Shown here: positions 23,862-35,984 of the stretch, piece by piece | Layout of the letters: each line of letters opens with the position of its first letter | Numbering within the stretch: position 1 is the stretch's first letter | Source: Malacoraja senta | Taxonomy: Eukaryota | Assembly (NCBI GenBank): GCA_038087875.1 | Contig: CM075989.1 | Span: forward strand, 806,001 to 870,000 | Direction: 5' to 3' | DNA: 64,000 nt | Translations under genes and position numbers: made by a program | The notes under the pieces: model-generated | What the model was told of the DNA's origin: nothing | Databases searched by the model: none | Seen by the model: the letters and a program-made list of their open reading frames with translations, nothing else

Positions 23862-24845
23862 TCAACAGGCGTTCCGATCGGCAGCGGCACGACAGTGGCT
23901 CTGCTGCAGTGTGTCCAGGTTGGTGGTTGGTGCACGATACTTTGGCAGGGGACAAAGTCCGTTTATCAGTCTTATAACCTGCGGGAAGAAGCTGAGGAGC
24001 ATCCTGCTGGTTTTGCACCTAATGCTCCGGTACCTCTTCCCAGATGGCAGGATGGAGAATATGTGATGGGATGGGTGGTAGGGGTCTTTGATGATGGAGA
24101 TGGCTCTGCTGATACATCTCTTCCTGTATATGTCCAGCAGGAAAGGGAGTGGAGCACCAATAATCCTGCTGGCGGTCTTCACAATCCTGTCTAGTTGGTG
24201 CCGTTCGTACGCCTTGCAGCTCCCGAACCAGGAAGTGATGCCGTAGGTTAATGTGCTCTCGATTGTCCCCGTATAAAAAGTTCGTAGGTGTGTAGTGGGG
24301 AGACCTGCTTTACGTAGTCTTCGGAGAGGGTGTAGTCGCTGCTGGGCTCTCTTGACCAGTGCTGTGGTGTTGGTCGTGGACGTCAGGTCATCTGACAGGT
24401 GGAGTCCTAGGAACTTCACGCTGTTGACCCTTTCCACATCAGCTCCATCGATGTGCAGAGGTGTATGGTGTTGTTTTCCCGCCCTCCTGAAGTCAACCAC
24501 CATCTCCTTAGTTTTTCCCACGTTGAGAATGAGGTTGTGGGATTTGCACCATCCTGTGAGCAGCTCCACCTCCATCCTGTACGCCGACTCATCATTGTCA
24601 CTGATGAGACCCACCACTGTTGTGTCATCAGCGAACTTGTTGATGAAGTTGTTGTTGAGTCTAGCAGTACAGTCGTGTGTTAGCAGACTAAACAGCAGGG
24701 GGCTTAGGACACAGCCTTGGGGCGAGCCAGTGCTCACGGCTATGGTTTTTGATGTCCTACTGCCCACCCTGACTGTCTGCTGCCATTGCGATAGAAAGTT
24801 CAGGACCCAGTTACATGTGCCAGCATCAACTCCCAATAGCTCCAA
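23862..24845 (-). mobile_element. 5'-truncated Rex1/Babar LINE with an uninterrupted 327-aa RT C-terminal frame; 3' UTR and (CAATA)n tail extend to ~23685
   Basis: GSPQGCVLSPLLF, KFADD, KRAQQRL and SFFPQ motifs; microsatellite tail at 23685-23710. Confidence 0.85.
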
Positions 24846-27068
24846 CTTTTATTCAATTCAATTCAATTCAATCAACTTCTACACAATACCTGGTGGGATT
24901 GTCATCTATTTCCCACCCCCGATTCAGCGATCATTTGGTCAATGAGGTCAAGAAATATCGCAAAGATAGGAAAAAGACTTGCAGACCAGCAGGAAGAGGT
25001 GCAGAGAAAAATGATGCAAATGTAACTTGAAGAGCTCAAAAAGAAAGAGCGTGAAAAAAGGAAAGACAATGTTGTCAATAACAACAGACCTGGTTGAAAA
25101 GACTGAAATAAGTGATGCACCGACACACAGTGAGTCCTATGACAGAGCCAAACAGGGGCCAGAGAATTCCACGCCAATAATAAATGTCCTTGGGGGAGTG
25201 TTTCCTCAAATGCCCTATCAGGAGTGATATAAATCTGGATATAAGCCCAGACAGGACTGGGGTCCCCAAGGGAGGGAGGGATCTCAAGGAGGAGGTCAAG
25301 AAAGGTTAGTAAGGAGACAGGTAATGGATAAGGTGTGTTGGGGATGTGAACAGGTATGGTAATCAGGAAATAATAATAATTATGTTAAGATAGTGGTGAA
25401 CATAGTTATGGTAAGAACATTAAGAAGAGGTATTAAATACACCTAGGCTAGGATGCGGCAGGGTTTTAAATACTAGCCCCATGTTTTTAATCAGATGTTA
25501 AAGGCAGATTTAGAAAGTATTTGATACAGTACGTGGATGATTTGTTGGTTTGTTCTACAAGTTAGAAGCAATGTGAGCGAGACATTTTAATTCTCTTGGA
25601 AAAGATGGCATAGGATGTCATAAAGTATCAAGGAAGAAGTTGCTGTTTTGTCAGCAGCGGGTAGAATATTTTGGACGAGTAATATCTAAAGAAGTAAAAG
25701 CTATTGCGCAGGATCAAATTGAAGCGATAATTGAAGTTCCCAAACCTCAGACAGTAGGACAGATGATGATGATCTTGGGAATGGCAGGATATAGTTCAGA
25801 CTAGACTGGAAAGTATGTTGAAATTGTGATGTCATTAAGGAAAATAATGAAGGAAGAAAGACACACAAGTCTGAGAAATGTTTTACAGTCAGAGCCTTTG
25901 AATGTAGGGGACAAAAAGGTTTTGCTTGTGGATGTTTCTTGTTAAAGGGATCATAATAGCAAGTATGCAGGGTTTGAAGTGGTGCATCAGGATGAATTAG
26001 ACTTTAAGGTAATTAAATTGGAAGCCTGCAATCTTGCTTAGCTCAGTTGGCAAAATGTAAGGCTTTAAGAGCAGCATGTGACATGAGGGAAGGTGAGAAA
26101 GCTGAAGTTTATACCGACTAAGCATATGTACCTGGGGTCTTTCACATGTTTGGAGCAGAAGGGAAACAGAAAGGCTTTGAGAAAAGCAACGGAGACCTCA
26201 TGCAAAGTCAGTATAAAGTACAGATAAGGGCAAAGATGAAGCCAGAGGCACTAGCTGTCATTAAATGCCAAGCACATAGGAAGGGAAATCAAAGTGCAGA
26301 CGAAGCAGCCAGAACAGCATCTGGAGGATGATCAGCTGTTATTACGCCTAGGGTAAGCTTGGATCTTTTTAGGTGCAAGAACTGTAGTAAAGTTTCTGAT
26401 GAATGAGGTAATCGAGAGGTTTGGTAGACCTACAGAAATCAGCTTTGACAATGGATTGTTTTCATTCAGAGAATAGTCAAGCTGGCTCTACAGGCCCTTA
26501 GAGTAAAACACAGATTTGGGTGTGTAACACCTGCAGTCACAGGGCATGGTGGAAAGAATAAATGGAACATTGAAGGCTAAGATAAATAAGATTTGTGTAA
26601 GTACAAAGTTGAATTGGTTCAATGCCCTGCCATTGGCACTGAAGAGATGTTGCATGCAAAACTAACCGAATAACCCACATAACACCACATGAGATGCTTA
26701 CTGGCCGACCCATGCCGGTGGCACAATGGAGAGGTCCCTACAAGGGACCGAGTTTGGAACAGTTAGAGGTAGAATTTAAGAAGTATATGCAACAGTTAAT
26801 TATGATATACAAGTCTATTTATGCACAGGCAAAGTAAAAGCAGTTGGAGGTGGACTAGGAGGAAGGACCCTTTAAACATGGAGAAAAGGTGTATGTATGA
26901 GTTTTCAGAACCACCCACCGCTGTTCAGGTAGAAGGTTGATCTACTTGGTACCATTTCAATCCTTACATGAGGGCTGTCCCGCAGGTACGACTAGATAAT
27001 AGCCCTGAGGTAAGTGAACAGGAGGACAAAGAAGTGAGGGAAGAGCAGAGTTCTGACAAGAACGTTGT

Positions 27069-28690
27069 TTGACGTCAGTGGTGGGCAAATTAATGGAAAG
27101 GATACTTAAAGATAATATATATAAGCATCTGGTTAAACAGGGTCTGATTAGGAACAGTCAACATGGATTTGTGCCTGGAAGGTCATGTTTGACAAAACTT
27201 CTTGAATTTTTTGAAGAGGTTACTAGGGAAATTGATGAGGGTAAAGCAGTGGATGTTGTCTATATGGACTTCAGTAAGGCCTTTGACAAGGTTCCACATG
27301 GAAGGTTGGTTAAGAACGTTCAATTGTTGGGTATTAATGGTGGAGTAGCAAGATGGATTCAACAGTGGCTGAATGGGAGATGCCAGAGAGTAATGGTGGA
27401 TGGCTGTTTGTCAGGTTGGAGGCCGGTGACTAGTGGAGTGCCTCAGGGATCTGTGTTGGGTCCACTGTTGCTTGTCATATACATCAATGATCTGGATGAT
27501 GGTGTGGTAAATTGGATTAGTAAGTACGCAGATGATACTAAGATAGGTGGTGTTGTGGATAATGAAGTAGATTTTCAAAGTCTACAGAGAGATTTAGGTC
27601 ATTTGGAAGAGTGGGCTGAAAGATGGCAGATGGAGTTTAATGTTGATAAGTGTGAGGTGCTACATCTTGGCAGGATAAATCAAAATAGGACGCACATGCT
27701 AAATGGTAGCGAATTGAGGAATGTAGTTGAACAGAGGGATCTAGGAATAACTGCATAATTCCCTGAAGGTGGAATCTCATGTAGATAGGGTGGTAAAGAA
27801 AGCTTTTGGTGTGCTGGCCTTTATAAATCAGAGCATTGAGTATAGAAGTTGAGATGTAATGTTAAAATTGTTCAAGGTATTGGTGAGGACAATTATGGAG
27901 TATGGTGTACAATTTTAGTCGCCAAATTTATAGGAAAGATGTCAACAAAATAGAGAGAGTACAGAGGAGATTTAGTAGAATCTTGCCTGGGTTTCAGCAA
28001 CTAAGTTACAGAGAAAGGTTGAACAAGTCACAAGTCAAGTCAAGTCACATTTATTTATATAGCACATTTAAAAAACAACTCTCGTTGGCTAAAGTGCTTT
28101 ACATTTGTTATAAGAATAGTATAAACAAACAAACTACATACATATATACATATAGCCCTCGCTCAGAGGACATCAAGAAAGGCTTGGGAGTATAGATATG
28201 TTTTTAGTCTTGACTTAAAGGAGTCGATGGAGGGGGCAGTTCTGATGGGAAGGGGGATGCTGTTCCACAGTCAAGTTAGGTCTTTATTCTTTGGAGCGCA
28301 GAAGGTTAAGGGGGGACTTGATAGAGGTCTTTAAAATGATGAGAGGGATAGACAGAGTTGACGTGGATACGCTTTTTCCATTGAGAGTAGGGAAGATTCA
28401 AACAAGAGGACATGATTTCAGAATTAAGGGACAGAAGTTTAAGGGTAACATGAGGGGGAACTTCTTTACTCAGAGAGTGGTAGCTGTGTGGAATGAGCTT
28501 CCAGTGGAAGTTGTGTAGGCAGGTTCGATTTTATCATTTAAAAATAGATTGGATAGGTATATGGATGGGAAAGGAATGGAGGGTTATGGTCTGAGTGCAG
28601 GTAGATGGGACTAGGTGAGAGTAAGTGTTCGGCACGGACTAGAAGGGCCGAGATGGCCTGTTTACATGCTGTAATTGTTATATGGTTAAG
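27069..28690 (+). mobile_element. CR1 LINE, same young subfamily as 35985-37750
   Basis: RT ORF 27069-27758 (YADD) is nearly identical to the copy starting at ~36340. Confidence 0.9.
28027..28271 (-). mobile_element. L2 LINE 3' end with (GACTT)n tail, inserted in CR1
   Basis: Minus strand GTAAAGCACTTT..AATGTGCTATATAAATAAA; CAAGT duplicated at the junctions. Confidence 0.75.
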
Positions 28691-30177
28691 ATAATGTGAA
28701 GTTTTTGGAGACATTAATGACTATGAGACTGGTGTAAATAAGGTGAGATTATGGGGTGTATGTGTCTTGTTTGGGGAACAATGTTTCACCTTCATATCTA
28801 ATAATACTAGCCTGGAGGGGTCTTTCACTAAAGCCATGGATAAGCTAAAAACCTAAGGAGTGAGGTTAAAAGAAACGTAGGATTCAGACAACAATTGTTT
28901 GGGTAGCTGGAGAGCATGTTGGGGGGCTGGGGAGCATGGCTGATTAAAATTGGTTTGACCATTGGGGTCGTACTACTTGCAGTAGCAATCATGCTGTGCT
29001 GTGTTTTCCCCTGTATTAAGTCTCTCTTGGTGAAAGTTACTGTGATGCAACTGCCAATGATAACGGGTGAAGACGAATCCGGCCCTCAAGGGAAGTGGAC
29101 CTTGGTGATAGATTACTACTACGATGGAGAAGAAGTGTTAGGAAAATGTTAAACGAAGTCTGTAAGGGAAGCTGGATCTTTTTTTTCCTGCCTCACGTAA
29201 TGGGGGTGGGTTTTTGGCCCAGTTTCTCAGGGAGCCAGAGAAAGAACGCTACACAGCTTTACACTAAATTAATTAAAAGAGAATGCATTTTAGGGCTCTA
29301 TGGGTGATTAGACCTGAGGGATGTGTGTGTGGTTTTCTTTGTCTTTTGAGACTCGGTGGAGTCTCAGAGGAGGCAGTTATATGGAAGTTATAAACAAGTT
29401 ACTTTAAGTTATAAATAAGTTACTTATTTCTACTTTTGCACCTTTGTATTCTTAATAAATACATTTATATCCTTGTGTTAAACATAAACTAAAATGGTGT
29501 GTGTAACAGTATAAAATGGTGTGTGTAATCTTGGATAAAACATAGCTGGGAGATTAAAAACAATAGTTTGGAATTTGAGGGCTGCCGACAGAGGAAGAGA
29601 TATGAGGGGAAATGTAAAGACTGAACCAAGGTCAGAAGTTAATGGTGGTGAGACAGAGAATACTAGAATCAAAAACAGATTGATGTGAAAGGAGTACAGC
29701 ATGAAAGATAATGTAGCAGAGAGCAATTAGAGAATGGACAGGTGGTGTCATCTCTGAATGTTCCAAGCTGATATTTGCAAAAAAAGGCTTTTTGTCTTCT
29801 TGAAGAATTCTCCGTGTCTGTGTCATCTTATCCAACTTTGAGTTTTAAAACCACGACACTAACTTTGTAAACAAGTGTACATGACTGACCTTACAGTTAT
29901 GCTATCAAAAATGATATCAAAATGTTTCATGCTTTGAGTCTGTAGAACAGTCTCTTGATTGACTTTTCTCATCTGATGAGTTATTGCTTGCTTGTTATTG
30001 CACACGAAGTAGAAGATAATTGTCGCTCATTTCTAGTGTTATTATACTGACAGTAATATATGTTTTTCAATGACTGGCACATGAATATAAATGTTTGGTA
30101 GGCTTGCTCATGACACCAAATGTGGAGGAGTTACAGACAGTGTCAAAAGATATAGTGGAATATCGGCACAAAGATAT

Positions 30178-30460
30178 AGATAGAGACACAAAAAGATTGA
30201 GTCACTCAGCGGGACAGGCAGCATCTCTGGAGAGAAGGAATGGATGACATTTTGGGACGTGACCCTTCTTCAGACCTGAAGAACTTAAGACCAGGTCTGA
30301 AGAAGGGTCTTGACCGAAACGTGAGTCTGAAGAAAGGTCTTGTCCCGAAACGTCACGTATTCCTTCTCACCAGAGATGTTGCCTGTGCCGCTGAGTTACT
30401 CCAGCGTTTTGTGTCTATCTTCAGTTTAAACTAGCATTTGCAATTCCTTCCTACACATAG
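30178..30460. repeat. Penelope-derived palindrome with tandem minimal hammerhead motifs
   Basis: Inverted arms; CTGAAGA-stem-GAAAC at 30297-30320 and 30327-30354. Confidence 0.75.
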
Positions 30461-31370
30461 CGGGTTATAGATCAGCTGCAGAAATGGGCAGAGAAATTGC
30501 AGATGGAGTTTAACCTGAGCAAGTGTGAGGTGTTGCACTTAAGGAGGTTGAATGTAAGGGGAAACTATATATTGTAAGGGGAAACTTACAATATATAATT
30601 TCCCCTTACATTATAAACTATATAATGTAAGGGGAAACTATATATCTCTCTGCACATCAACAGCATTGATGTGCAGAGAGATCTTGGAGTCCAAGTTCAT
30701 AGCACACTGAATGTGACAGCACAAGTAGATAGGACAGTAAAGAAGGCATATTGTATGCTTGCTTTCACTGGTAGGGGCATTGAATATAAGAGGAAGTTAT
30801 GATGCAGCTCGATAGGACTTTGGTTAGGTCACATTTGGAGCATTGTGTGCAGATACAGTCTCCCCATTACAGAAAAGATATGGAAGCATTGGAGAGGGTG
30901 CAGGGGACATTTACCACAATGCCACCCAGATCAGAGAGTTTCAGACACAGGGAGAGGTTGGATAGATTTGGATTGTTTTCTCTGGAATGTCAGAGGTTTA
31001 GGGGAATCTTGATTGAAGTATATAAAATGATGTGAAGCAGAGATAGGGCAGACAGCCAGAACCTTTTCCCCGGGGCGGAAATGTCCAACACTAGTAGGCA
31101 TAGGTATATTGTGAGAGGGGGAAGGTTTAATGGGGATGTGCGGAGAAAATTGATTTACACAGATAGTAGAGGGGGCGTGGAACGCATCACCAGGAGTGGT
31201 GGTGCAGATACAATTGCAACATTTTAAGAGGCATTTAGATAAGCACATGGAAGTGCAGGGAATAGAGTCATATGGATCACGTGCAGGCAGAGGAGATCAG
31301 CTCAACTCGTTATTATGTTCAGTGCAAACATTGTGGGTTGAAGGGGCCTTCTTGTGATGTATTTATTCTA
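30460..31370 (+). mobile_element. CR1 3' portion (older)
   Basis: LVRSHLEHCVQ..PHYRKD motif and CR1 3' UTR. Confidence 0.75.
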
Positions 31371-31444
31371 TGAAATACTGCAGACAAAGAAAAACACACA
31401 GACAGCAGATGATTTAATTTCTTCCATTTAATGAGTAGAACTGA

Positions 31445-31594
31445 CATAAATGGTGATGTCATCCAATCAGTTTGCTTCATGGATGATGCAACCTAATTGT
31501 CTCTCCCGGGGCTTTGAACAATTATATATTTGAACATTCAGCACAGTCAGGAGGTTGGTTGCAGATCAAGAACACGTATACATCGTGAAATAAA
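31445..31594 (+). promoter_or_regulatory. Putative GPCR promoter: TGATGTCA (31454), CCAAT (31463), TGATGCAAC (31484), TATATAT (31523)
   Basis: Non-coding block conserved with the paralogue at 1186-1335; TATA about 70 nt upstream of the ATG. Confidence 0.6.
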
Positions 31595-31664
31595 ATGCAC
31601 GGACAAGTTTACGGCCAAGTGTATGGAATTTATTATCTTGTTCTGGCAATGTTGGGGGTTCCAG
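31595..31664 (+). CDS. GPR139/142-like GPCR, coding exon 1 (MHGQVYGQVYGIYYLVLAMLGVP)
   Basis: Ends CCAG|GTAAGA (phase 1). Splices in frame to 40057 to give TM1 GVPGNLVTMVIL. Confidence 0.9.
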
Positions 31665-31835
31665 GTAAGAGTCTGGTACTAATGATGAACTGTGTAGACC
31701 AATTTGAACTGCTTCATTGCTCTCCAAACGTTATGACTGAATACATCAATTCTGATCCCAGAGGAGGCATCTTTTCAACATTATCGAAGCAGTGTGATTA
31801 TTGCAGTATTTATATGATAGAATAGAGTGCCATTT

Positions 31836-33667
31836 ACATGGCGAGTGGAGTGTCGCAAGGCTCGGTGTTGGGGCCGCAACTGTTTACCATATATATTAAT
31901 GATTTGGAAGAGGGAATTAGGAGCAAAACTAGCAAGTTTGCGGATGACACAAAGCTGGGTGGCTATGTGAACTGTGAAGAGGATGTTAGGAGGTTGCAGG
32001 GTGACCTGGACAGGTTGAGTGAGTGGGCAGATGCGTGGCAGTTGCAGTATAATACAGATAAATGTGAGGTTATCCACATTGGAGGCAAAAACAAGGGGGC
32101 AGATTATTATCTCAATGGGGTTAGGTTAGGTAAGGGGGAGGTACAGAGAGACCTGGGTGTCCTTGTACACCAGTCACTGAAAGTTGGCGTGCAGGTACAG
32201 CAGGCAGTGAAGAAACCTAATGGAATGTTGGCCTTCATAACAAGGGGATTTTAGTATAGGAGTAAAGAGGTTCTTCTGCAGTTGTATAGGGCTCTGGTAA
32301 GACCACATCTGGAGTAGTGTGTACAGTTTTGGTCTCCTAATTTGAGGAAGGACATCCTTGTGATTGAGGCAGTGCAGCGTAGGTTCATGAGATTGATCCC
32401 TGGGATGGCGGGACTGTCATATGAGGAAAGATTGAAAAGATTAGGCTTGTATTCACTGCAGTTTAGAAGGATGAGGGTGGATCTTATAGAAACATATTTA
32501 GATTTAGATATTTATTTGTTGTCGTTTGAACCTAAGTTCAAACGAAATTCTGTTTCTGCAGTCATACAAACAATTAAAAAAGACACAACACAATTTACAC
32601 AAACATCCATCACAGTGAGTCTCCTCCTCACTGTGATGGAAGGCAAAGTCTTATCTCTCCCCTGCACTCCATTCTCCTCCCGATGTCAGAGTCAAAGCCC
32701 CCGGCGGGCGACTGTAAACATATCCCGCGGCCACCAAACCCGCGCCGGACGATGCCAGACCCCGCTCCGGGTCTTGATGTTGTAGCCCCCGGTAGCGCCA
32801 GCAAGTCTCACGGCCACCAATGCCGCACCGGGCGATGCCAGACCCCGCTCCAGGTCATCTTCAACCCCGCAACTCGGGCGGGAGTAGCTGCCCTTGCGGG
32901 AGCTCCGAAAAGCGGTCTCCCACCATGGACCCGCGGGCTCCCGATGTTACCATCCACCAGTCCCGCGGCTGAAGCCTCCGAATCTCCGAGGTCGGGTCGC
33001 AGCCGCGCGCCACCACAGCTCCTCCCGCTCCGAAGTCGGCCAGCTCCACGATGGTGAGAAGTCCGCAGGCTCCGCGACTGGAGCCCCAGGTCGTTCCGGT
33101 TGGAGGCCGCTCCACGGTGCTAGGCCCCAGCGACAACGGAGACCCAACAGAGAAAGGTCGGTTCTCCCGTGCAGGGAAAAGATTTTAAAAGTTTCCCCCT
33201 CCCTACCCCCCGCCCCCCACACATACCCCGTTAAAAAAACACTAAAAACAAAACTCAAACAAAACAAAAAAAAATAAAAAAGACAGACGGACTGCAGAGG
33301 CCGCTGCAACCAAGAGGACTGGACAAGCTAGATACAGGAAAAATGTTCTCAATGTTGGGCGAGTCCAGAACGAGGGACCACAGTCTTAGAATAAAGGGGA
33401 GGCCATTTAAGACTGAGGTGAGAAAAAACTTTTTCACCCAGAGAGTTGTGAATTTGTGGAATTCCCTGCCACAGAGGGCAGTGGAGGCCAAATCAATGGA
33501 TGGATTTAAGAGAGAGTTAGATAGAGCTCTAGGGGCTACTGGAATCAAGGAATATTGGGAGACGGCAGGCACGGGTTCTTGATTGGGGATGATCAGCCAT
33601 GATCACAATGAATGGCGGGGCTTGCTCGAAGGGCCGAATGGCCTCCTCCTGCACCTATTTTCTATCT
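31836..33667 (+). mobile_element. CR1 LINE in the GPCR intron, split by 32497-33310
   Basis: [11 protein letters not shown] and KFADD motifs, 3' UTR; intron homology to the paralogue resumes at ~33670. Confidence 0.9.
32497..33310 (-). mobile_element. GC-rich non-autonomous retroposon, third tail type (ATCTAA)n
   Basis: Head GCAGTCCGTCTGT + T-tract + G-tract as in the 4896 and 10965 copies; tail hairpin CGTTTGAACTTAGGTTCAAACG + AATAAA. Confidence 0.65.
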
Positions 33668-35984
33668 ATGTAGCTGTTCCCACTAATTGGGACCAGATGT
33701 TCTGTACGTGGGCCATTGTATACGATGATAAAAAATATTTGCAGGCATGTCTTTGATTATGTTTCCATGGCAATAAAAAGTGCAGATGGAGGAAATGGTG
33801 AGGAGTTTGGCCTGTGTGATGAACTGGGCTATATCAACGGCATTCTGTAATGTCTAGAGTTGCCACATTTCAGGTACATTTTGCATACTTCAAGTCTGAT
33901 TTTTAATATGTTAGTCTTAACTTGGCCATAAAGGTGGTGGCACTGGGTGAGAGGTGCAAGGGTCAATTCTGGCTCGTTTATCAGTTTAGTTTATTGTCAC
34001 GTGTACCGAGGTAAAAGTGAAAAGCTTTTTGTTACGTGCTCGCCAGTCAGCAGAAGGACAATACATGATTACAATCAATCCATTTACAGTGTATAGATAC
34101 ACGATAAGGGAATATCTTTAGTGCATGGTAAAGCCAGCAAAGTCCGATCAAGGTACACAAAAATGCTGGAGAAACTCAGCGGGTGCAGCAGCATCTATGG
34201 AGCGAAGGAAATAGGCAACGTTTCGGGCCGAAACCCTTCTTCATACTCAAAGTCCGATCAAGAATAGTCCGAGGGTCAACAAAGAGATAGATAGTTCAGC
34301 ACTGTTCTTGGGTTGTCTTAGGATGATTCAGTTGCCTGATAGCAGCTGAGAAGAACCTTCCGTGAATCTGGTGGTGTGGGTTTTCACACTTCTTTACATT
34401 TTGCCTGATAGGAGAGGGAAGAAGATGGAGTGGCCTGGGTGCAACTCATCCTTGAGTATGCTGCTGCCCCTGACGAAGCAGCGTGAGGTATAAATGGACT
34501 CAACAGAAGGAAGGTTGGTTTGTGTGATGGTCTGGGCTGCGTTCACTAATTGCGGTCTTGAATGGAGCTGTTCCCAAACCAAGCAGTGATGCATCCTGAT
34601 GGGAGGCCATTTAGAACGGATATGAGGAAAAACTTTTGACACAGAGACTTGTGAATCTACTGAGGGCAGTAGAGGCCAATTATCTGGATGCTTTCAAGAG
34701 GGATTTAGGTAGAGCTCTTAAAGATATCCTAAGAAACAAATTGATATGTAAAATTACATATAAATAATGACATACTTACATTTTCTACTGTCCCCTACGT
34801 GAGATCCGTCCTGTTGTAGGCGTTGATGGCGTTAGAAGTAGCTTTTTATTTTACTCCAGGGATTAAATTGTCCTGTGTTTTTTTTTTTTTGACTTCCGAG
34901 AACGAAAGTCGGATCGATTATTCTTCAGCAGCTTAACAGCCTGAGGAAGTTCGACTCTGACAGGCAGGAGAAAACGGCATTTTAATCCCGCCCCCCCCCT
35001 CAAAGGCGCCAAAGTCGCGCACACGGCCAGTGGCAGAACTGCAGCGCCGCTGAAGGTAAGTATTGTAACATCGCTACAACAACTAGTTTGCAGATGTGAG
35101 CACTGTGGATGGTGGGATCACCAACAATGTTGGAACTGGTGCTCAGAGTCACTCGGAGGAACTCAGTGTGGGCTGTAGGAGGCGCCCTGGGGCTTGGAAA
35201 GGTAGATTACCTGATAAAAATGCATCGATGCGACTGTGTTATTCATTAATAAAGTGATGAAAATAGTGCAAAATTATACCAATTATTTCTTAATGGTAGA
35301 CACAAAATGCTGGAGTAACTCAGTGGGACAGGCATCATCTCTGGAAAGAAGGAATGGGTAACGTTTTCGGTCGAGTCTCTTCTTCAGACTCATGTCAGAG
35401 GAGAGGGAGATACATAGATAAGGAAGGGTAAGGTGTGAAACCAGGAGAAATGGAATGTTGATTAAGAAAATATAGAAGAGATCATTGTTAGCTGGGAGAA
35501 GGTAACAACAAAGCACACAGACATAAAATGCAGTCACAGGCAGTCAGACTGGTTGGAGAACTGGGAAGGGGGAGGGATGGAGAGAGAGAGGGAAAGCAAG
35601 GCTTACTTGTAGTTAGAGAAGTCTGATCCAGCAGTATGAACATTCTAAATGGTTCCCACTTACCCTTTTCAATGGTCAATTAGACAATGGAGAAAGATTG
35701 CAAATGAGAAAAGTGCAGATTGTCCAGGTATTCTTATGCATGAATCACAAATAATTAGCAGATAGGTGCAGCATGTGTTAGGTGGACCAAGGATATGTTG
35801 GCCTTTATTCCAAGAGGATTGGCTCCTCAAAATAGGGAAGTATTGTTACAATTCCACAGTACTGTTAAGGCCTCACATGCAGTACCGTGCATTTTCATTT
35901 CCAATTTAAGAAAGTATATATTGGCTTTGGAGAGAGTGCAAAATTGGTCCATTAGAGAGTCAGAGTGGACAGCTATCTGCAGAG

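Larger units (their letters stand above)
24880..29858 (+). mobile_element. Degraded endogenous retrovirus (class I, epsilon-like): gag remnant, RT/RNaseH, integrase, env TM and probable 3' LTR; split by CR1 27069-28690
   Basis: QYVDDLL (25527), [23 protein letters not shown], env CVLFGEQCFTF (28761) plus hydrophobic anchor (28916-29152); PPT-like AGAGGAGG (~29366); putative LTR ~29377-29858 ending in CA. Confidence 0.75.

Noticed and set aside
24295..24945. Antisense ORFs over LINE RTs (also 48189-48851 and 21135-21539)
   Set aside because: Typical shadow ORFs on the opposite strand of RT genes.
34720..35080. CpG-rich segment ending in GAAG|GTAAGT inside the GPCR intron
   Set aside because: No convincing acceptor or frame; it looks like a repeat remnant that I cannot classify.
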